Origin: Azolla caroliniana
Taxonomy: Eukaryota > Plantae > Polypodiophyta
DNA length: 64,000 nucleotides
Assembly: GCA_043228905.1 (NCBI GenBank)
Contig: JBHGNT010000010.1
Span: forward strand, 19,158,001 to 19,222,000
Direction of reading: 5' to 3'
Part shown: positions 12,713 to 25,938 of the stretch, one piece after another
How positions within the stretch are numbered: position 1 is the stretch's first letter
How the letters are laid out: the number at the start of each line of letters is the position of its first letter
Notes under the pieces: model-generated
Database searches by the model: none
What the model was told of the DNA's origin: nothing
What the model saw: the letters and a program-made list of their open reading frames with translations, nothing else
Translations under genes and position numbers: made by a program

Positions 12713-15700
12713 CATGTTCCGCACCTGACGGATTTAATTCTCAAATAAGTCAATCTCCAAAACATAATGATTTCTCGACAAAGCTCATTCTTTGCAAGAC
12801 TCATGAGCATTGGGATTTAATGGTGCCTTCATTATTAAATCTCATCATATCATATAAGTTTAGCTTGATATCATGCATAATGGCAATGTCAATAAAATAT
12901 TTTTAAAAATGCATCATTCAAGCAACCTCTGTCTCTTACGATCATTAAATTTCTTTTAGTGAGATTGAGGGATCAATGCGTTGTTTGAGGATGACAAATG
13001 AGATAAAGACAATAAAGGGAAAGGAAAAGATATTCTAACCTTTTTTATGTGTGTCTCTTTCTTTTGTCACGATAATCTTTGAGGGGTCACCCACCACATT
13101 CAAATAAAGCATAATACGGTAGGTCGCGTGACAAGAAAACGATGAGTAACAACTCATTATATCGTTTCTGATGTTTCTAGTTTTCTTTTTATGAGTACTA
13201 AAGTGAACTGCATTTTTCTTTCATTACACATATGAACTCAATTATGTATTTCAAAGTAGATGGAACATTTTTTGTGATACTTCCTTGATTCGACCGAAGC
13301 ATATGCTAAATAGAGAGAATTGTCCCATTGTCATGTTCAAAAGTCCATAATGTAACTTTACATGTTTTCTAACGTTTATATCATATATACGTGCATTAAT
13401 ACATGCATGTTAAGTTGCTATCATACACACATGCATGTTCAATTAATTCTCATTATTTTGTTTGTACAGTATAGAGTGATATTTGGTTGTGCTTTTAAGG
13501 AATATGGGGTAAGTTGTAACTATAAGAATATATATGCTCTATGAATCATGGTTTGGCTCATAAACTCTTGGTGCTTATAAACCTTAATCTCCTTCTATGA
13601 ACTAATTCTAGCAACAAATTCATTGAAGGGTTCACGAAAATGCACGTATGGTTTATTGTGATATTGTAAACTCAAACATGCGTTGGTTTAGCTAATAAAC
13701 CCCTTGGTGCTTATAGACCTTAATCTACGTATATGAACTAGTTCTAGTGAGAAATCCCTAAAGGGCTGAAGAAAACACATGCATTTATTGGTCGTGAATC
13801 ATATTGTCAACTTGAAAATGAGTTGTTAACACACACACACAAACAAACAAATCTATGTAAATAGCATATGAAACGACATCCGCAATATTTTGATTTGCGA
13901 AGAAAGTTATGGAATATTTTAAAACACATACATAGATTTATGTAATAGCATATGAAACAAACATCTGAAATATCTTGATTTGGGAAGAAAAGCTATGGAA
14001 TATTTTGTGAACTTTCTTTAGCATTTTAGTTTGGTGCCTGTGTACCACTGGAGAAGAACCATATTCCAACCTTTTTGTGACAAATTGAGAATCAAGCTCA
14101 ATCTTCTCCACAACACACCTATGTCTATAAACACATGTTATGTAAGCTCAATTAAGTGTGATAGTCAAACTATATACTTAGATTCAATATTGAATACATA
14201 TTCTTTAGAAAAGTACATTAGGAAGTGAAAGAGCATGAATTAACTCTAGAATATATGTGTAAGTTCATAGATATTGTAAGAATTGGCATGCGAAGTAGAT
14301 GGATACACCACTACTTGTAAGAGGCTATATAAAGTTTAAAGTTTTAAACCCCTCTTTCCTACTGTAAATTGTTGGACATAATGGAATAGCATTATTGCTA
14401 ACATATTTATTGTTAGGCTCTACCCTAATTGTGTTTAATATATTGATATGTCATAATGGTGTGTTAATGTCAATTTGACCATTATTTATTTTGGTTATTT
14501 TAATCCACGTCTCTTACTCTTTCCCTTGTTTATTATATTTATATTCTCACATTTTCTCTCAATGTATCTCACATATATTTATATTTTCACCTCTCACATA
14601 CATATATCTACACACACTCACTAACTGCTTCCAATGCAAATTACTACTAATTACTCATATAACAAATTATGTAATCATTTACAATGAACAATCAAGTTCT
14701 TACGTAACTCCCATTTACGCTTATGGTTAAGCTCATTGTAAGAAATAATTTGTTCGGTTGTGCCAAACATTTGGTGAGTAAATCAACTTGGGTTACAATT
14801 CCAGATGATGAAATTTGCACACATTTGAAGGATAGTCCATGTTCATTATGGTGGTTTTACAACTTAGGATGGATTTTGCAATAATACTTTGACATGTAAT
14901 CATAAAAGCACAACTATTCATTGCAATGCACATTCAATTTGAATTATTATTTTTGACAATAGTGTCAAGCATAATGAAATGACGCCTAATTGATCAAATG
15001 ATCATCGAAGATATTGGTGTATGAATGTCATTTGATTTGACTTTGTTTGGTGTTTGTGTGAACTTATGGTTATTCATGAATCACCTTGATGGTTTTACAC
15101 TTATTCTTATGAATCATGCCATTGGTTTGGGGTGGATTGAAGGTTGCCCACCATGTTGAGGTTTCTCTCTCGCGAATGGCTTTAACCATATCCTATGGCA
15201 TAAAGATAAATGAATGTTATAATCCCACTATGCCAGAATCGTTTTAGGAATATTACGTTTCATTTTTTAAAGAATTGTACACATGTAGGATGAGTATGTC
15301 TTCCCCAAGAAAGATAATTTATACATGTAGGATTTATGACTTTATACTCTAGAAGGTTGGGTGTGCCTTGAAAACATGCGGAATTGGAGAAACAACTTGA
15401 AGATTGTCCGTCTAGACTTTAAGTACATAAGTATGTCGTCACAAAAGGAAATCTTAATAAAAATGGAATATGATACATAAAATAACCCATTGTTCTAACT
15501 TCTAACCATGTACCAAAGCCGAATGGAAATTCAAACTTCGTATAAGTTTTTTAATTTTGGACACTTCCTTTGTCTTGTCAAGGGAGTGTTTTGAACAAGA
15601 GGAAAAAACTTGTCATAAAAATAAGAAATCAATCATAGTTGTATTATTATGTATATATAAATAAATGACATAACATGTATCATTTAATGAGGAATGTATC

Positions 15701-15732
15701 GTATACCACGTTCCGATATTAAAAGCACCTAT
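12656..15732. repeat. Second copy of the 3,077-bp duplicated segment
   Basis: Matches 1-3077 at ~99.9% and continues here without a gap. Confidence 0.97.
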
Positions 15733-17648
15733 GGATGTGTATCTCTTTAGTTTACCCGAAAAAGAATGCTACTTTGCGGAGTTCATTATTTTGCATTGGA
15801 TGAGTTGCACATCTTAGTTGGAATGACTTAGGTGGACATGTTTAAGCCACTACCTAAGGTACATTGAATTGTACAAACATTATAACTAAGTTTTAGACAA
15901 AAAAATTGTGAATGGCTTGCTAATCCAAGTACAATTTTAAACTTTGTCTTGTCTTGTCTCATCATAAACAGGCAAGAAACAATTCTAGTACACTACGAGC
16001 AAATTCATGAATAAAAGAAATTGAAAACACGTCCTTGTTATTTTTAAGAGAACAACCTAAAAACTTGCTCTATGCGTCATCCATGTATGCATGCGTATCA
16101 AGAAGGTCTTCATGTATATTAGAGATAATTTTTAGTAAAACAAGGTTTCAATTTTTATTTAACAACCCTCGTACAATACGGATTGGAATAGGTCGTCTTC
16201 CCTCTTTGAAGATATAATAATCATTGCAGCAAGGAACCAATGCGACATAACCTCATCACATTCAACAATATATTCAACTCGGCAAAAGTTGTGCAATTTG
16301 ACTATTATACTAAAGTCAACTAGAAGTTGTTCAATTGCAACCACAAAAATGCACTATAACAATCAAATCAAATAATTTGCTGGTGGGTAACCATAAAGAC
16401 CACTATAAATGGTGAGTATTGACGACATTTCAAATAGGTGGGAATTTTCACCATAAATAATTGTGTCATCGTCCTTTTCATTTGTATACAATATTTTTTT
16501 TTCAAAGTAGGATGTACGCGTTACGATAGGTCTAATTGACAACATAGTGTGGAGAAAAAAGGTAGCATATTGTTATTCTCATGGGCATGAAGACTAGATG
16601 TTTAAACATGTTTTGTGATGGGAAAAAAGCGTAAGGAAGAGGACAATAAGAGGGAAATTTCCACAAACTGATTATAACATCGACGAGTTGTCTGTAAAAG
16701 AAAATTAGGTTAGCTTGATTCTTGCATATAGGCACTCCAATCATGTAATTGTTAAAAAATAAACCTCAAGTCTAGCATCATAATCTTGGCCATGGTGCAA
16801 AAAGTAAGATCAAATTCGCATGAAAATTATCACCATCACACAACATTGTATAGCATAGAAGGCCAAATATATATTTTGAATAACCACAATTGTGATTGTG
16901 GATAGAATTTAGAAAGGGAACATCACACTTTTTAAGGAGAGGCATCAATTTCATGTTCAAAAGATAATCGACGAATACATGTGCGTTATGTGTATGAAGC
17001 CAACATAATATTGCCATTGCAACATTTGTGCTAAGTGAAGATTACTTCAACGAGATTCAAGATTGCTATTAGAGTCCCATGTCAATCATAAATAGATTTT
17101 ATCACACGACAACTCAAGTTTACGTCACGATTACCAATATAAATGCACGGAAAGATGATGACACTTTGTGGTTTGGCGTATTGTTCATGGCACCAAGGGG
17201 ATGACGTTGTTAATCATGACTTATGATTGATCATAACCGCTCGTCCGAATCAAGTACAACTTTATGCTAATTACAGTTTGTTGTATAATTTGATATTCGC
17301 AGCCCATTTGGTCCGGTTGGAGAAAGCCATCCCAAATAGATCGCCCGATTATTGTAAATATTTGGCTCTATTATGCATTATTGGAATTTTCCTCTTTTAG
17401 GATCGAGGATGGGTCGTAACACTTTTGGACAAGAGGAGAGGGTCATGGGAAACGGTCAGCGATGAAAATTTAAAAGAAGAAGAAGAAGAAGAAGAACCGA
17501 GAGGTGGCCGTTGGTTGATTGTCTGGGACGTACACATACACATGGGCGGGGTCCATTGCTTTGGTCACAATACACATCGGCACCAACAAGTGGGCGGACA
17601 TCCAACAAGCCCCCTACTTTCTTTTGGTTACACTATACGTGCCCTAAG

Positions 17649-17704
17649 GCTGCCACGTGGATGCCACGTGGAGGTGGTTGCCACGCTGCAGCCGCCATGT
17701 CAGC
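17649..17704 (+). promoter_or_regulatory. Tandem G-box/ABRE-like cluster upstream of IPCS
   Basis: TGCCACGTGG twice (17651, 17662) plus TGCCACGCTG and GCCATGTCAGC, ~340 bp upstream of the ATG and followed by GA- and CT-rich tracts. Confidence 0.55.
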
Positions 17705-17953
17705 AGGCCCCAAGGGGGGGCTCATTCACACCGGAAGAGAGAGAGCGAGAGAGAGAGGGCCCCTTAACTTTTTAGAGATAGAAAGAGAAAGAAGAGAGAG
17801 GAGGTCCTTCTCTTCCCTCCCTCCTTCTCCTCTCCCGCTGCTGTTCCCATGGCTTGACCCTCTCTCTCTCTCTCTCTCTCTCTGTCTACCCTGATCAGAG
17901 ACTTTAGGGTTCCTCAGATCTCTATCTCTCGCCTCTGTGTATTCACTGGTTTC

Positions 17954-17995
17954 ATGGTATCTCTGTCGCCTCGCTTCTTCACCTCCAGATCGTGA
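17954..17995 (+). other. Upstream ORF (MVSLSPRFFTSRS*) in the IPCS leader
   Basis: ATG 17954 to TGA 17995, ending 14 nt before the main ATG at 18010 and lying downstream of the CT-rich tract that usually marks the 5'UTR. Confidence 0.5.
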
Positions 17996-18009
17996 TATCT
18001 CTTAACGGA

Positions 18010-18072
18010 ATGTACATCGCTCGGGAATCCTCCAAGGTATGCTTTGCCTTTCCATCCCCACCGCTCCTGCTT

Positions 18073-18142
<70 letters not shown>

Positions 18143-21100
18143 ACACACACAGAAACGAGATAGAGTGACTATGAAGAAGAAGAAGAGAAGAAGAAGGATA
18201 TAAGATGAATATATGAAGATGTAGAAGAAGAATATGAAGATGGAAAAGAATATGCACGGGTTGATCATTGACATGGTTTCCTCTAAATCTAAAGCGATCA
18301 TTTCATAACTGATCTACTTTGCAGTCTCATTTGTTTTGAAGAAATTTGGAGTTATTTCGAAAAAGATCCATAAAGAAACAATGTATAAGATAGGATTGAG
18401 ATCATTCGAGATCATTCCGTAACTAAATCTGAAGAATTTCCTTGACGACTAGTCTAATATGATGTGAAATTGCTTATATTTTGAGACATAAAGAAAAACT
18501 CAGAGATTTTGAAGCATACTACATATAGAAATCCTTTAGTCCTGACCTCATATAATACAATTGTTAGACGGTTGTCCATATATTGGAAAAGAAATCTCTA
18601 CCATCTTGTAGAAGAAGGCACATATTTTAAGGTATGTCCATAAAAGACTGCAAAGAGTATACATCTCATTTCCTGACTAAATCTAAAATGATTCTTTGAT
18701 AATTAGTCTCCTGTGGCATCATTTTCTAATGGAAAATTGCAGATTTTATGAGTGACATCTCTGTAATAAAACTAAAGTTGAGCAGAAAAGTTTAGAGATT
18801 TTGAGATATAACACATGCAACAGATAAATACTGGTATCAAATAATCCGAAGTGATTATCAGAGTTGGAATATAGTACCGTTTTTAGGAGAAAATTTGCAG
18901 GTATTTCGATAATGACCCCTGATAATACTATATACAGAGCATTGGTACCATTTTCTCACAGTATATCATGAGAAATCCTTTTGTAACTGGTATGAGATAG
19001 TCTCATCTTGGAAAGAAAATCACAGAATAGAGATACATAAAACTCTGCATTTTGAAGAGGTCTTTAATAACTGAACCAGGTTTTGGAATAAAATCACATC
19101 ATCTTGTGCCGAAATCTGAAGTGATACTTGACATTTATAATGTTATGAAGAGGATCACAGACAGGAGAGAGGTCTCTAAGAATATACAAGCTAGTAGAAA
19201 TGGTCAATGACTCCAATAATAAGGTTTGTGCTTTGGCATTGATGGATTCACAGAAGAGTTGGGGGAGGATCCAAGAGAGATGAAAGGCTAAAACTGAGGC
19301 ACAATAGGGAGGGCATATCTTTATAATATTAAAATTATTAACAATAGAGGGATTAAAATCAGATTGAGAATACAAAAATGTGCTGGATCTGTGCCTGCCT
19401 CAATAATGTCCTATTGTCGCAAACATAACTATGCTCAAAACACAGAAATAACTTGATTGAATTTGCATAGTTGGTTAAAAAAAGTAGATAGTTCGTATGA
19501 ATCATAGTGGATGGAAGGATAATTGAAAATCTGATGGGAAGGAACCGAACATGAAGATTAATTATTGGGCAGTGCACAAATCTCTCACTTGAGGAGTAAA
19601 ACCCAAAGAACAGTATAACATCATTGAGCCTGTAGAAATATCATGCATTTAAGGTGTATGGAGAAGGTTTGGTTCGAAGCTTTATTTTCATTAGTTTGGT
19701 ATATCAAGATAATTTAGTTTATATGATGTGGAGGTTTGTTCCACAGTTGTGTGGCTGTAAGGACAGAATTTCCAATTTCCTTTATGGTCATTTTGTTATA
19801 ATGAAATTGCATCTTCCCTTTTTTTATTTTATTGATTACATTATGGTGGAGAATCAGTGATACTAATTCTAATGTGGCCGAAAAATGGGTTTTCAATGTG
19901 ATGCAGCTATGGCGGAGGATTACGATGGAGTATTCTGTTGAGTGGCCTCTTCTCAAAGAAAGATGGAAATTTATGTTGTTTGGCATCATTTTCCAGGTTG
20001 GCGAAAGAAAACTGCCTATATTACTGTGACCTTACAATCTAAAGTATTTGCGAAATATCTTTGACAAATATTTGATGTTTTCAGTATATACATGGCTTGG
20101 CCGCTAGAGGAGTTCACTATCTTCATCGGCCAGGGCCAATCCTACAGGATGTTGGTTTTATGTTTCTACCTGTAAGTCCATTATTTTTATGCTAATGTAA
20201 CACATGAGCTTGGGTTTTCTTTTCTTCGTTTCTTCACGTGTTGTGTAGGGTTTTAGCAATATGGTGCAATTGAAGCCGCTACCTTCAATTTGACGCCCTT
20301 GTGCAGTATGTAAATACAAGTTTCTATTTTTTAGTGTTTTTAAAGTTTGATGTTTTTCCCCAGGAACTTGGAGCTCATAACGCATACATCAGTGAGACTC
20401 TATTCACTTTTATATTTTGCTCATTTGCACTGGTGAGCTTAACCACTAATCAAGTCATGCTGTTGTATCATGTATTACATTGACAATGCTAATTGTGTGA
20501 TGGCAGTGGACATTCCATCCGTTCATCTTTTATGCTAAACGGTTTTATACAGTTCTGGTGTGGTATAGATGTCTTGCAATTCTGGTGGTAAGCTCACGGT
20601 GATATCATAGACTAATTATTATCATTATATTGTATATTTTCTGTGTAAAAAGCTTTGCTGAATTGGTTGCTTGCAGGTGTCTCAATGTTTGAGAATTGCG
20701 TCATTCATGGTTACTCAATTGCCTGGTCCAAATTATCATTGTCGTGAGGTATGTATGCATTAAAGGCTGAAGCTTAAGTTGTTTATCACAACAGCACAGG
20801 TTCACATTGTTGCTTTCATCATTTGTGTTTTATTTTTGGCTTGTCACTTGTTGATTCGTGAATATATTTATCTTATCTGTGTATTTATACTCATGTTTTA
20901 TTTGTTTGGGCATCTGACATTTCACACATACGTGTATATACACGACACAAACAGTGAGAGCATGGATGTTCATTAATTTCACAGAAAACAATTTTATTTT
21001 GTTATTTATGGTTATCTTCTATCTATTTCTCTATCAGCTAGAATCAAAGAGTTACATGGTAACACTGGCCCTTCTATCTTTGCAGGGATCCAAAATGGCA

Positions 21101-22445
21101 TCTTTACCAACTCCGAAAAATGTTTCTGAAGTTTTTCTAATAAACTGTATGCATTGTTTTTTCACGTAGCATAAGACATGGTATCTTGTTCTATGAATAA
21201 TTTGTTTTCTTTGGGTGAATACAGTTCCATATGGAGTAATATACGGATGTGGTGACTTAATTTTCTCCTCCCATATGATATTTACCCTTGTCTTTGTACG
21301 GACATATCATAAATATGGAAGCAAAAGGTTTTTCAATGTTGATAATACTGTAGAATTGATTTTAAGGGTTAAATTGACTTGATTGCTAAAGTTGATAGTT
21401 ACATATGCAGATGGATCAAGCAGTTGGCATGGACATTAGCAATATTGCTTAGCTTTCTCATTGTAGCTTCAAGAAAACATTACACTGTAGATGTAGTTGT
21501 TGCTTGGTAAACCCTATTGTTGTGTTTTTCATTGGATGGATGCAGATCTCAGGAATATCCTTGCTGAAGCAGTTCCTTCTGTTTTGGCAGGTACACTGTG
21601 AATTTAGTGTTCTTCTTTATAGACAAACAACTTCATGATTCTGGTAAGACATGATAATTGATTTTTGGAAAATACTGATACACACCTTAATGTTTTGCAC
21701 ACTTATCATTGGTTTTCAGAATGACCAGAATACCGCTCAAAAGGTTTAAAATTACCAAAAAGGGCACTTAGTTGTAATTAGGCTTAATCAGGGCTCACTT
21801 AGCTGTACTATACACATCACTTAATTACTTAATAATAATCAGTAAGTTGATTAACTATCTGCCTCTATTTAGCGATTAATGAGGTGATTAGTTGTCGATC
21901 AACACTGTTAACTAATTATATACACCTGAATTGGGGGCAATCATACCTTACAAAACAAGTTTTAAATTGAACCAAGTTAAAGGCCAACTACATCATTTCT
22001 AACTAATCATGATTAAATTGAATGTGTAATGGAAAGCTGTCGTTATCTTATAAGTATCAAAATAGTAGTGGAGTACTAGTGCTTTCCCTTTGTATTTTGA
22101 TGGGGGACTTTTTATTTGACATTCTATTAATTATGAGGACAGAAGTTCCAGAGCGTAATTCTAGTGGTGGATCAACATTACTTCCATCAAATACTAAGGA
22201 AAAAGATAGTCAATCTAAAGAGGAGCTTCACAAGTTGATGAATGGAAATGGTGCTGGAATCGATGCAGCAACTGACAGGGTATGTTTATTAAAGTGTAAA
22301 TGATATAGTTTCTCTTTTTGTCGATTCAATTTTGCTTACATATTTACTCACATTCTCTACTCAGAGACAGAGAATGCCAGCGAATGGAAAGATAATTGAT
22401 GATGGAAACCCAACATTGAATGAAATTGTTTTGAATGGATCTTGA
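18010..22445 (+). CDS. IPCS: Phosphatidylinositol:ceramide inositolphosphotransferase (IPC synthase, ERH1-like), 12 exons
   Basis: Exons 18010-18036, 19907-19996, 20085-20171, 20364-20432, 20507-20587, 20677-20748, 21086-21146, 21225-21327, 21411-21506, 21591-21643, 22143-22279, 22365-22445. Motifs [58 protein letters not shown] match plant IPCS. Confidence 0.96.
18084..18150. repeat. (CA)n microsatellite in IPCS intron 1
   Basis: About 30 CA units, followed by a GAA-rich tract. Confidence 0.95.
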
Positions 22446-23164
22446 GCTGAGATCATATTCACAAAGATTTTAGTGCCAATTTATTGGGCTCATGTATTAA
22501 CTGAATCTCTCGCCTCCACCGATTAATTTAAATATGCTTTGGAATTAAGTACTAAAAGGCATTTTTGTTCAAGAGCAAGCAAGGCCATATTTTTTCTAAA
22601 ACTTTTTGGATGGCAAATATGCTCTCTGCCTTTTGTATTTTAACCATAGGATTTCTCTCCGGGGTACAGATACATAGCTATCTCTAAACGAGCCGAATTA
22701 TTCATTTTGTAATTTTACTTAAAAACCTCTTGGCCATATCTTGGCGTGTACATTATTATCATTATCCTTTAACTGTAACCGTGTTGCCAAATAATGGTGA
22801 ACAATGCAGAGTATTTATATGCAATGCCATATTTTTGTGTTATCTTATGAACCGAGTCATTTTTGGCATTATTGTTGAACTGTGGCATTATTTTGATACT
22901 AATCACTTGTATCATTTCTCCATCGAGCCTTTTTGAACAAGCATAGAAGGTAAGTAACTTTAATTATGGATGGTGGTAGATCTTGAAATGTAGTTGGAAG
23001 CCTAAATTGCACTTCTAACAAGGGTCTTTCAACTGGAGAGTATTAATTGTTGTTTTGCCTTTAGGATCACCTCTAAAGAGATGTGGACTAGCAACATCCA
23101 ATTGCTTCTTTTGCATTGTTTTATTGGATAACATTTTCTTACGATGCCTAATTGCTTGTTGGGT

Positions 23165-23620
23165 TTTGAGTTACATTTCTCATATTTGCACAATTTACAC
23201 AGGTCAACTTGAAATTAGAGATAGAGATTGTTTTCTTGTTTTTGAGATATTGGGGATTGCATTGTTATTGGATATGCATAATGCTTTCTATTTGAAGGCA
23301 TAGAGTTAGTGCATATCTACAAAGTTGAAAGACTACTAATGTGGTAGTTTTGTTTATTGGCCCAAGTTGAAATTCTTTCCTTTGTTGCTTGTTGAGTTTG
23401 AGTTACATTTCTCATATTTGCACAATTCATTCAGGTCAACTTGAAATTAGAGATAGGGATTGTTTTCTTGTTTTTGAGATATTGGGGATTGCTTTATTAT
23501 TGGGATATGCAAACTGCTTTCTATTTTATGGCAGGCATAGACTTAAAGCATATCTACAAATGTTGAAAGAGTACTAATGTGGCAGTTTTGATTATTGGCG
23601 CAAGTTGAAATTCTTTCCTC
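23165..23620. repeat. Tandem duplication of a ~232-bp unit (2 copies)
   Basis: TTGAGTTACATTTCTCATATTTGCACAATT...CAAGTTGAAATTCTTTCCT at ~23167-23381 and ~23398-23619. The ORF track shows the same pseudo-peptide twice. Confidence 0.92.
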
Positions 23621-25938
23621 CGTGGAGTGTTCATCATGCCTATGGGTGATTCAACATGTTCCACTACTTGTTGAGGGACGAGTAGGTTTTCATACACATT
23701 TATTAATATAATGGAGGGAGAGATATTCTTGATATCCAACGAGAACACAACACTTGGCAACACAACATTTGACGACAAATTTGGAAAGACACATGTCGAC
23801 ATGTCTCCCATTATGGGTTAGTGCATGAGATAGTAGGCATTTTATGGATAGTAGGTAAATTTCCACACACACACACACACACATTGTTATGAGTGGGAAT
23901 AACAAAAAACATGATATTTCCATGAAATAGTAGTTTGTATTTTCAATTTTGTCACTTCAAAAATGTTAATAAAATTTAAAGCATACAATTCTATTGGAGT
24001 AACATGATTTTTGGACCCAAAAAAGTGTGCTACAAGACATTCTCCTCTCTTAGTGCAAAAGGTGTGGAGTACTATTACTACTACCATGTGACTCATAATT
24101 GTATTCAAAGATTAAAGATAATAATAACTAGCAACAAAAGTTCAAACTATGCGGAAAAATAGTAAAATAGGTAACAACTGCAATATATGATTTTGATGTA
24201 ATTGAAAATGAATATTGATAAACCCAAAATTTACGCATTGGGAATACATTAATATCTATGATTCCCTTGCATTCAAGATTTATCTCAAAATGAGGCGTGT
24301 AAGAAATGCATATATTCAACTTCTTCAACTAAGCTCAAATTAACGTTCTTTGTTGTTTCCATTCAAGGTTTAGCTCTTTGTATTTTGGTATGCATTTATG
24401 AACACAACAATAATCTTAACCTTAAAACTCAAATATTCGGATTGCCACTCTATACTTATGTTATTGAATCTTTTTTGTTCATAAAACAAATGAAACATTT
24501 AAACATACCACGGATAAGAACCAGGAGCCAAATTTTGGCTTTTTTATACTATTGACATGCCCACACTTTGTATATGGATCGAAGTCCCCGTTTTGGGGGG
24601 GTTAGAAATCTATTGTTCTTGTAGAGAATATGTTGCTACCACATAAAGAATATTATAGTGAATGGGTTGAAAACATGCTAACCATTTTGAAGTAATATAT
24701 TATAAGGTTAAACCCATCAACTCTAGACAAAGTTAAATGCAACACCCATGGTAGTTAGATCCTATCCTAATTATGACTTCATACGAAGATTGCAGAACCA
24801 TCTTCCATGTGATTGCTAGAAACCATGGACATACAATGTTGGTAATGTCCAAATGAGTACTTGGTAAGCTTGCATGGTATGCCTATAGACAAATTATCCC
24901 CAAGTGACTATAGTCTAGATTGGCCCAAAGTTGGGCCTTAACGAACTATAAGTGAGGATAATACACTAGGCTAAATAAAGGAAGTAAAAAGTAGGCATAT
25001 ACTAAGGCTAAATAAAGGGAGAATAATACATAATCTTACCCCCCAACCCCTCCCCTTCCCCAACTCTCGCTCGGGTATTTCATCATATGCTTTTGATGCA
25101 TTGATACACATCTTATGAATGCACTACATGCAAAACATGGATACACTCTTACGTATACACTATCAATTGTACATGGATAAACATAATACACAAGGACTAC
25201 AAACACAAGAATTAGACAAAGCCAACCTCATCATATCAAACTAGAATAGAGCTTGGAATTTGGTACATGTGAGAGAGTGACATGTAGAGCAGGCTATGCC
25301 AACATGTGGGAGAAAAATAGTCTATGGCAAATATATTGTATGCTAGGACATCCAATGTAGATACCCTTGTTTATTTCAAGAGGTCTTTGGGATATTGAAC
25401 TATGTCATCCAATCGAGAACCAAAAGGGCAAGGGATGCTTCCAAATGGAACTTTAGAGGCCTAAATCAATCCATATTGAAGGACCGAGCACTCTACACTC
25501 ATTGGAACATACTAGTGCCATTGACTTTTCTTGGGTCACCCAAATACCACACGTGCCACAACCCACTTAAAAGACCAAATAAGCGTGGGAGAAAAGTGAG
25601 CTCCTATTGAATAAGCAAGATTTTCATTTCTCAATCAAGTGAACAATCTACAAGGTATATATGGTTGTCAACACATAAAACACATTGGCCTTTTGAGAGA
25701 CTTTAGTACACTTGGAGAGTTCTTCTTATTCTATTCTTTACAATTTGTATTACATCATGGGTACAAATTGAGATAGATCCAAGTTTAGATGACCCAAAAT
25801 GTCAAAGAATGTAAATCATGAACTACTTACAAAAATACCAAAAGGAAAGGAAAACAAAGTGAAGTACTTGCTTTAGATAATGTTGGTTCCAATGTATCTC
25901 ATAAACAAATTGTTGAGGTTAATTGGGCTTGAATGAAG

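Noticed and set aside
16150-17050. Possible fossil MULE transposase on the minus strand
   Set aside because: Only a vague C..H pattern with many stops; cannot be supported without a profile search.
17425-18301. ORFs of 76-127 aa around the IPCS start
   Set aside because: They derive from GAA, GA, CT and CA microsatellites and GC-rich promoter sequence.
25395-25610. WNFRGLN, similar to the start of an L1 endonuclease
   Set aside because: A single short motif with no downstream endonuclease motifs.
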